The notes under the pieces: model-generated
Databases searched by the model: none
The model's input: only the letters and a program-made list of their open reading frames with translations
What the model was told of the DNA's origin: nothing
Position numbers and translations under genes: made by a program
IMG/VR virus record: IMGVR_UViG_3300028393_000277
Location: 1 to 28,182 of that record
DNA: 28,182 nucleotides
From: a virus
Taxonomy: Duplodnaviria; Caudoviricetes
Direction: 5' to 3' (one strand)
Shown here: positions 25,301 through 28,182 of the stretch, one piece after another
Numbering within the stretch: position 1 is the stretch's first letter
Layout: the number at the start of each line of letters is the position of its first letter

Positions 25301-26758
25301 AACTAATAAGTCAGTATCTGCTGCAAACAACACTCTCATACCTTCTGCAAGATCCACGCCATCAATATTGTATCCAAGTGTACCTTCAATGGTTGAAAAT
25401 ACATCTGTAGTAAATGTATCAATTAACGTAACATTTGTCTTTGCTTTGTGTCCAAAATTAAATAATTTTAAACCGGCATCAAATTCAATAATTGGACGAA
25501 TTGCTCGAGCAGATTGATCTAGGGACGGCACCTGTCCGGCGGCTGTGGCCGCTGCAATAATCACATCTTGATGGAACCAACGATTATATCGACTCCACGG
25601 GTTTCTATCTATACTTCCGCGGGCAACTAGAATGTAATCTTTTTTCTGCGGGAAAGAAGTTGCTGTACTAAAAGGACTTTGATCGAATGCGCCGTCATCA
25701 AACAACAATGCTTTTTCTTGAGAATACGAACCAATAATTTCAAGATCAGATTCAGAAATTAAACGAATAGCAGTTCCAATGCCTTCAACATACCAATATC
25801 CAGTAGCATAATTTGTAGGGTATATGTTACCGGTAAACTTTACTTTCATACCGTTTGACAACGGCATACCACTGCTCATAGTATATGTTTTTTTACCTAA
25901 AATATCAGCGTCAACATTCAAGTAAGTGTTATTGTCAATATTTAATACATGAAATACACCGCCGGTGTCGGCACTATTTTCGCTAACATAGTATAATACA
26001 TCAGGGGCATTAACACCAACAGTAAATGTTATGGTGCCGGATTCAACTGCTGATGTAGACACTCCAATTGTATACCTTTCTAGATCTCCTGCTACCCTAG
26101 AAGTTTTAATACTAAAAGGATTACCCAAGCTATCAATTACAAAAGTATAAGTTTGGCCTCTATACAACGTTAACGTAGGATTACGAGTTAGTCCATCAGG
26201 TGAGAATAAAAATGCATAATTGTCAGATTCATCGACAGCTTCGACTGTATATGTACTTTCTATAGCGAGCTGCTGGCCGGCGATTTCAATAGGGGCTGGG
26301 CCGTAAGGCAACCAATAGTATTGTTGATAATTAACAAACTTATCCCAATTCATGTGCGGATTCCAAGAATATGATACTTGACTGTTCACTCTTTCATGAT
26401 TTTGAACATTGCCGCCAGATACATCGATATGATTTATATGGTCAATATAATCTTTATAAAAGTTAGTATTACCAAGATAATCTTGAATAACTGCTGCTGG
26501 CTCTAATTGATAATTTTGACGAATAGTATCAGCAGCAGTTACAAAAATATCTGCCGATGTTACTGCTTTTGCAGTTTGGCGTCCTATATAACCATTAACT
26601 TTTTTAACTGTGCCTGGCTGAGTTAGCTGATCTAAAGTGGCTTGTAAAAACTTTTTGTTACTATCTGTTCTAAAAATTCTTGGCAATAAATTAGCAGATT
26701 CTCTGCCGTCTGAACTTGTCAAAGGAATGCCTAATTCGTTTTGATCGTTATTTGCCAT
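13340..26758 (-). CDS. giant multidomain virion protein (4472 aa), probable expanded baseplate wedge/hub component
   Basis: Uninterrupted 13.4-kb ORF, TAATG-coupled to the upstream wedge gene. Contains FG-GAP-like repeats, G(S/T/Y)GY repeats, CBM5/12-like aromatic modules, repeated V..NG..L....DY units and a C-terminal IEINGERIEY...LRRGTLGT...H..G..V module typical of myovirus structural proteins. Confidence 0.85.
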   Translation of the reverse strand: MANNDQNELGIPLTSSDGRESANLLPRIFRTDSNKKFLQATLDQLTQPGTVKKVNGYIGRQTAKAVTSADIFVTAADTIRQNYQLEPAAVIQDYLGNTNFYKDYIDHINHIDVSGGNVQNHERVNSQVSYSWNPHMNWDKFVNYQQYYWLPYGPAPIEIAGQQLAIESTYTVEAVDESDNYAFLFSPDGLTRNPTLTLYRGQTYTFVIDSLGNPFSIKTSRVAGDLERYTIGVSTSAVESGTITFTVGVNAPDVLYYVSENSADTGGVFHVLNIDNNTYLNVDADILGKKTYTMSSGMPLSNGMKVKFTGNIYPTNYATGYWYVEGIGTAIRLISESDLEIIGSYSQEKALLFDDGAFDQSPFSTATSFPQKKDYILVARGSIDRNPWSRYNRWFHQDVIIAAATAAGQVPSLDQSARAIRPIIEFDAGLKLFNFGHKAKTNVTLIDTFTTDVFSTIEGTLGYNIDGVDLAEGMRVLFAADTDLLVKGRIFNINFINVTVPGRQIGFYALPGIDPTTNTITIETNLLTNAIGHGLTTGNQVLYLNNGNTSISGLTNRKVYYVQVLNSTQIQLYNDKNLTVVADIFATGSDVHKLEVFSGLRRQINLVEADDSLPLENETVLVEAGVVNQGTMYWYTGTTWKIGQTKTLVNQPPLFDIFDATGISYGNALVYDGTTFVGNKLFSYKMGTGTTDSELGFPLAYQNINNIGDISFEFNLIADSFTYKKVVDIITTATDVGFLKSILGLTTFNYVNGWKTTQITNLQPIVRIYKESGLVNNFPIDVYSNVDELDDLEVRVYINGKRLAKSNYTISTNVVRKSVVLITNVSLTDVVTLKCFSAQQKNNNGYYEVPVNLQNNPLNNNLSEFTLGQVIDHVDTIIDNIDTFVGTYPGTSNLRDIGNITPYGTRFIQHSGPVNLSLYHFGSTTANVFKALEQARDDYSKFKRAFIVAASSSGIDTDTRRHVDYVLSDLAKDKSTNRPYYLSDMYGYAASNISEYIVLDPRTKIYPLTVAFNLTVLSNKSVNIYLNDVQLVEGRDYTFGTDVFFEILTDLAEGDILTAVEYESTDGSFCPATPTKLGLYPKFIPSKFLDTTYLEPTEVIQGHDGSITIAFGDYRDDLILELEKRIFNNIKVQYNPDIFNIYDYIPGYDRATMYSKEEYETILSTFFYQWTNYVGQDFTKQNVEWWDRLNPFTFNYRGNYASNGSPVPAYWRGVYRWLLDTDRPHTHPWECLGFSLPPHWWQEVYGPAPYTSNNLIMWDDIRQGIIREPNKPIRRLEKFAKSVLSKGTPVTETGELQDPLNSNFVSGPIKPTAEGYYAFGDVGPVESAWRRSGHYPFAIIQAALLMQPNKVLGTCLDRSRIVRNLSGQLVYSTSGLRIRLADIVLPSTAASTSRVLTSGLINYIIDYLTNDTTFLIKQYQTDLDTLTNNLGIKLGGFTAKNKFKLLLDSKNPTSTGSIFIPEENYTVFLNTSSAVKKVTYSGVVITKHSDGFEISGYNNELPYFNYNPWLESARTITVGGISESYIVWSAGKRYVAGGIVFYGNRYYRVNVTHTATDTFDNTLFSRLAALPVSGGRNADIRKSWDTTLVLTLGYGTKLSTVQEVVDFLQGYGSYLSEQGFIFDDFNTTLKSITNWETAVKEFMFWTTQNWGAGAVLSLSPASNKITLTTTKSIVNDLLDPFFGYKIFRVDGQKLEPEFTNTYRNDATSEFSITPTNTTHGIYGAVFYMIQKEHVLILDNRTLFNDVIYDLEPGYRQDRVKVIGYISQNWNGGFNIPGFIFDQARINDWSMWTDYKLGDIVKYKEFYYSALSTLPGVQEFNAADWAMLASKPTAKMVANWDYKSEQFTDFYDLDTDNFDAEQQKFAQHLIGYQKRQYLENIIKDDVSQYKFYQGMIIEKGTQNVLNKLFDVLSADGMESLTFDEEWAVRVGDYGAVAAFDETEFILDESQFKINPQPVELVSTIDPTIVDFVYRQRPSDVYIKPLGYNNDIWAVTGTKQYLRTPGFVRYEDVLLSVDTLTDALQNDISTFTEGDYVWCAFENMLNSFKERWNVYRFTQSAFTVTDATYSYNSTSKIGELTITCNTAPTVEAGDILGIKNFNIPKDGFYTVHSVDSNDIIIRTIVTGWEPLADPTLIVLYQFIPCLFNSIDDVNDNLPTSIKSNELVWTKDSGNGTWGVYNNNKVYNSFNIDVATIPDLTGINFGKKVSLSQTGTTAVVTDADQVIILDRKNIISTYDAAPAYNWIQNQSIVLDPTIADIADQEFGAETALSADGMWLAIAAPFADNVGSSGYNNQGYVSLYYKTLGTGYTLVDTKTGAGAASLFGSKLVFAKSGNTYILAVSAANTVYFYQTTGTSSWTSYAASLSIPNVKNISLSETGNKFAAAVPSAVSNKGQVKLYTLTMGNYGSPITLAGTASDDRFGESISLTQSSKYIAIGSNIGNVYIYNTSSTSVPYQTISSITNNSGDQFGTYVQFANNDSTLVVSAIGVSRVDIYDLYGAKFLYGESVTSTASSYGASITAGDNTILVGAPNFNSSAGTTFSYIKSSLVKSWSLRVYEQLRPNISNVKKAYLYNKITNKIVTYLDVVDPIQGKIPGPADQEIRYKTYFDPATYSVGTNAVNVDSGLNWTTSQVGMLWWNLTRAKFLDNQGGEVVYRSTTWNKLYKTASIDIYEWVETKYLPSEWDKLADTTKGLTAGISGTSLYGDTVYSVKNKYDTVGQKLIPTYYFWVKNKKVIPNAAGRTLTASSIASLISDPIGHGYTCVAPTGTSSFSLVNFNNLLEDTDVVLNFQTWVIDNHDINMHSQWKIISEHVNTTIPKNIENKWIDSLIGKDSNDRVIPDTNLPVKNRYGIEFRPRQGMFVNRVEALKQYIERVNSILMDHLIVDDFDISDLMLSDPIPTAVSGLWDSTIDFETELKFVGTATLVDAKLRAITENGVIIEVIIDNAGYGYKNPPLIKISSSGNGAVLVPVLDVAGRIIKVSIKNSGRNYFDDTILTVRSYSVLVLSDTNSFNKWSIYSWDTKDKLWNRARSQSYDVTKFWNYTDWYAAGYTQFTKIDYLVDNTYYLVTLSANIGSIVKVKNIGTGGWLLLEKYNNLTTIDYTQNYKVVGRQNGTIQFSSSIFTFVNSSVGFDNQLFDASLYDNFAAAELRIIINTVKDKLLVDDLRVEYLKLFFASLRYVLHEQIFVDWAFKTSFVKATHNVGELKEKVTYNNDNLSNFEDYINEVKPYRTKIREYISSYNKTDYARQSTTDFDLIPLVNDNLTVTPMSVTVQTDGSIAAGSNSILAYPWKHWYDHVGFTIQSIEIFDGGSGYITRPIVKIEGGFGTGAQAKAYISNGKVNRIDLISGGTGYLKAPTIIIDGGLSETGTAATVVAIIESEVVRANKIAIKFDRITRNYYTSGDLNKVSEDLDGTGSRVQFALKWSPRIEIGSVSIKLYPVGIDPDTVGVTGIDILRGEYKLSTKKSTSKGYTSYSGLLTLDTAPAVGETIRIIYERNFEHLSAADRIKFFYKPTAGMLGVDLAQLMHGIDYDGVQLQGLGFGATGGWDALPWFTDEWDGFDPKYDDRIITASAGDYGYTLGYTPDAGEVINVYISRYVPTATVNLYIVALSPLDDKSLWITTDTAHGFTADMFITISGVIHSGNYNGTHRIRQIISEDKFSITLGESAMLGISGTVYGYRYSAPIRIDDPAFSTYPMSGKPNVVMTSIVANGTTDAFTLPNAHLTINNNDKVIFRKSTSDGSILPQPNEYDTQLQGGAFDGSTLTTATGYAPADINVDGDDFVTPNTSHAPEEIVPGHITDAVAIKVYHRPAGGAPNILFKNYKGNGLTTEFIIGQYFATDRAVIVKVGNEIIDQLDYTIDWSSNFIKFDTAPITDSVVSVISIGFNSENILDLDYFIADGSTTEYVTRAPWLERALNSTVLVNGAVAEYELFKTDSTYDSPNRVAIRFGTAVEENALINYMIDTSTSIQTSSVVKSQIITTNGVDVSYNLDNLNSSLLPGNRLQPYETNIIVRKGQEILRPPTVMYFTMLDNNLSYNIPAHKFATYTINATDIQVYSDSNKLIPGVEYIIDLLGITVELAQSSYVENAKLAVVVTLDSDYSVTNNGTIEFATIYPNNTDIEIITFYNHMLLDIDRTTDVFVPSTILTPGTTDYYEFTNKLGGQFSLRRPAVSDDYVWIIKNGTLLTHSVDYVVEDDRVTVKLKDSLIDTDVVQVMLFSDETITTSFGFMQFKDMLNRVHYKRLRADKATILAADLNQSDIEIVVDDGSVFSVPNPALNLPGIIEINGERIEYFTKIGNVLGQLRRGTLGTGTPVVHAAGTTVQDIGPTETIPYSDTIIVNTIVSDGFTTDVGNLAYIPKLGINPKPKQHNYDTVDVFVNGYRLKKAEYKLFMESNPNHQPYSPEGDITFPAEFSVDGVHNRITLTTAAAEKTKVVIVKKELKLWEDEGKSLANSNNKIANFLKGNATVWPR

Positions 26759-28182
26759 TAGTAACTCCCACTAGTAATAGACTGTGTACTTAATGTAGAT
26801 GATGTCATAGTTATTGTTCCGCTACTGTTAATCTTACTAGCAGTTACAGCTGATATAATTTCAAGGTTGTCAATGGTTGCACCATTGATAAAAATTTGAT
26901 CTTTTTCTGATCGTATTTCGTAGAGGCCACCAAAAGATAATGTAGTATCTTTAGGTACTATTAAAAAGTTTACAATGTTAGGAGTTAGTCGACTCATTAC
27001 ATAAGACGACAACTCACTAAAATAAAAACTGTCACCAAAATCCCAATTTTCAAGTGTAAAAAATTCGTTGATCGCTGATAGTACTCTTGACTTAACATCA
27101 TTATCACTAATAACAATTTCTGAATTTTTTACAATTTTAAAAGTTGCTTGTACATCTAATGATGCTTTTTCTCCAAATAATACTTTATATTTTACTGGGT
27201 GATAAATTAGTTCGTCGCTAATTGATTTAATCTTATTAAGATCAGTAGACAGTAATGTATACAAATAGTCAGTACTAGGTGCCAGTGGTTCAGTAGTACG
27301 AGAACCAGCTAACCACTGACGATATGTTTTATCATATTGTTTGGTTAAAATAAATGTATCTATAATATTTGTTAATCCTGGATCTATACGAGATTCATAA
27401 TCTGCATTATGAATATACTGAAACTTAACATCTCTGCGGCCATTGTATACTTTGTAATTTAAAGATAATGTAAAATTACCGTTATTGAATTGTTTAACTA
27501 CCCCTGCATCTTTAAAATAAAAATATTGTCCGGTAGTATAACTTGATGTATTTGTTGGCTGAGTATCTAAAATAGTAACAGTACCATTACTATTATTAAA
27601 TAATTTATAATCTTCTTGTCCGTAGGCAATTACATATCTCTCAAGAATTACATATTTGTTATTATCACTAACTGGGTTTTGTACATCCATTTGATCAACA
27701 ATTTCTTCAAACAATTCTGGGTTATCAACTACACTGTCATCGTCGGTATCGCTGAATGTAACTTGAATTTTCTTTGTATCAACATACCCATCTAAGCCAG
27801 TATATTCTTCAGTAATTTCCCACTCACGGTCATAGGTAAATGGATTAATAAATGTTGGTGGCGCTGTATTAATTCCTAATACTTTTATTTTATCTTTTAC
27901 AATAGTATTAGTACGTGTATCATAAATTTTATCACTTGCATCAAAGAAAAATCGAATCTGTTTATCGCTTTCAAAAATATATCTAATTAATCTAGATGTT
28001 ACTGTATAAAATTCAGTATTAGTAGTAAACAATATTAACCAGCTAGCATCTCTTTGTTGATTAGAATTATTACCTTGATTTGCTGTACTAAAATTTTCCA
28101 AAGTATTTAAATTAACTTCAAATACAATTTTCCAAGTAGCTGTTTCAGTGTCGTATCGTAGGCCAAATGGCTTATTTGAAAA
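26758..28182 (-). CDS. baseplate wedge subunit (T4 gp6/baseplate J-like), 5'-truncated by the window edge
   Basis: The frame stays open beyond the called TTG at 28101 to the window end (FSNKPFGLRYDTETATWKIVFEVNLNTLENFS...). The C-terminal VKSRVLSAINEFFTLENWDFGDSFYFSELSSYV resembles the I..FF.....FG...Y.S.L end of gp6/J proteins. Confidence 0.7.
   Translation of the reverse strand, partial: FSNKPFGLRYDTETATWKIVFEVNLNTLENFSTANQGNNSNQQRDASWLILFTTNTEFYTVTSRLIRYIFESDKQIRFFFDASDKIYDTRTNTIVKDKIKVLGINTAPPTFINPFTYDREWEITEEYTGLDGYVDTKKIQVTFSDTDDDSVVDNPELFEEIVDQMDVQNPVSDNNKYVILERYVIAYGQEDYKLFNNSNGTVTILDTQPTNTSSYTTGQYFYFKDAGVVKQFNNGNFTLSLNYKVYNGRRDVKFQYIHNADYESRIDPGLTNIIDTFILTKQYDKTYRQWLAGSRTTEPLAPSTDYLYTLLSTDLNKIKSISDELIYHPVKYKVLFGEKASLDVQATFKIVKNSEIVISDNDVKSRVLSAINEFFTLENWDFGDSFYFSELSSYVMSRLTPNIVNFLIVPKDTTLSFGGLYEIRSEKDQIFINGATIDNLEIISAVTASKINSSGTITMTSSTLSTQSITSGSY

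Noticed and set aside
2840-25517. Short + strand ORFs in the track (2840, 3947, 5745, 8166, 10047, 10829, 11084, 13311, 14880, 15531, 16769, 18156, 19849, 25278)
   Set aside because: All lie antisense to long, motif-bearing - strand genes and show no recognisable motifs; they are best explained as shadows of codon bias.
13340-26758. Tape measure protein, RNA polymerase or intein-containing protein as identity of the giant ORF
   Set aside because: The sequence is beta-rich and modular rather than helical and Ala/Gln-rich. I saw no DxDGD polymerase motif, intein splice motifs or LAGLIDADG motifs.
28099-28101. TTG start called for the 447-aa ORF
   Set aside because: The frame remains open to the window edge, so the true start is outside the window.
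1-28182. Stop-codon reassignment as seen in some large phages
   Set aside because: Genes are intact and tightly packed under the standard code. TAA and TGA end many genes, TAG ends thyX, and there is no fragmentation.
1-28182. CRISPR array, tRNA, rRNA or IS element
   Set aside because: All intergenic gaps are under 60 bp, and I saw no spaced direct repeats, cloverleaf or transposase motifs.

Overview
AT-rich, gene-dense segment of a large tailed dsDNA phage, most likely a jumbo or T4-like myovirus. The left ~2.4 kb (+ strand) holds the tail end of a probable methyltransferase-like gene, four hypothetical genes and thyX. The remaining ~25.8 kb is a single - strand block. In transcription order it contains: a baseplate-wedge-like gene (gp6/J-like, cut by the window edge), a giant 4472-aa mosaic virion protein, a 203-aa tail/baseplate protein, three paralogous fibre proteins with a shared N-terminal anchor, and a 297-aa Ser/Thr/Gly-rich structural protein. 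A tightly coupled six-gene cassette follows, with two paralogous pairs of DxD-type glycosyltransferase-like genes and two small accessory genes. It is preceded by a near-consensus sigma70 promoter whose -10 box lies in a perfect 19-bp palindrome. The most interesting hypothesis is a regulated, tail-linked glycosylation system. All family assignments come from motif recognition by eye; no database searches were run.
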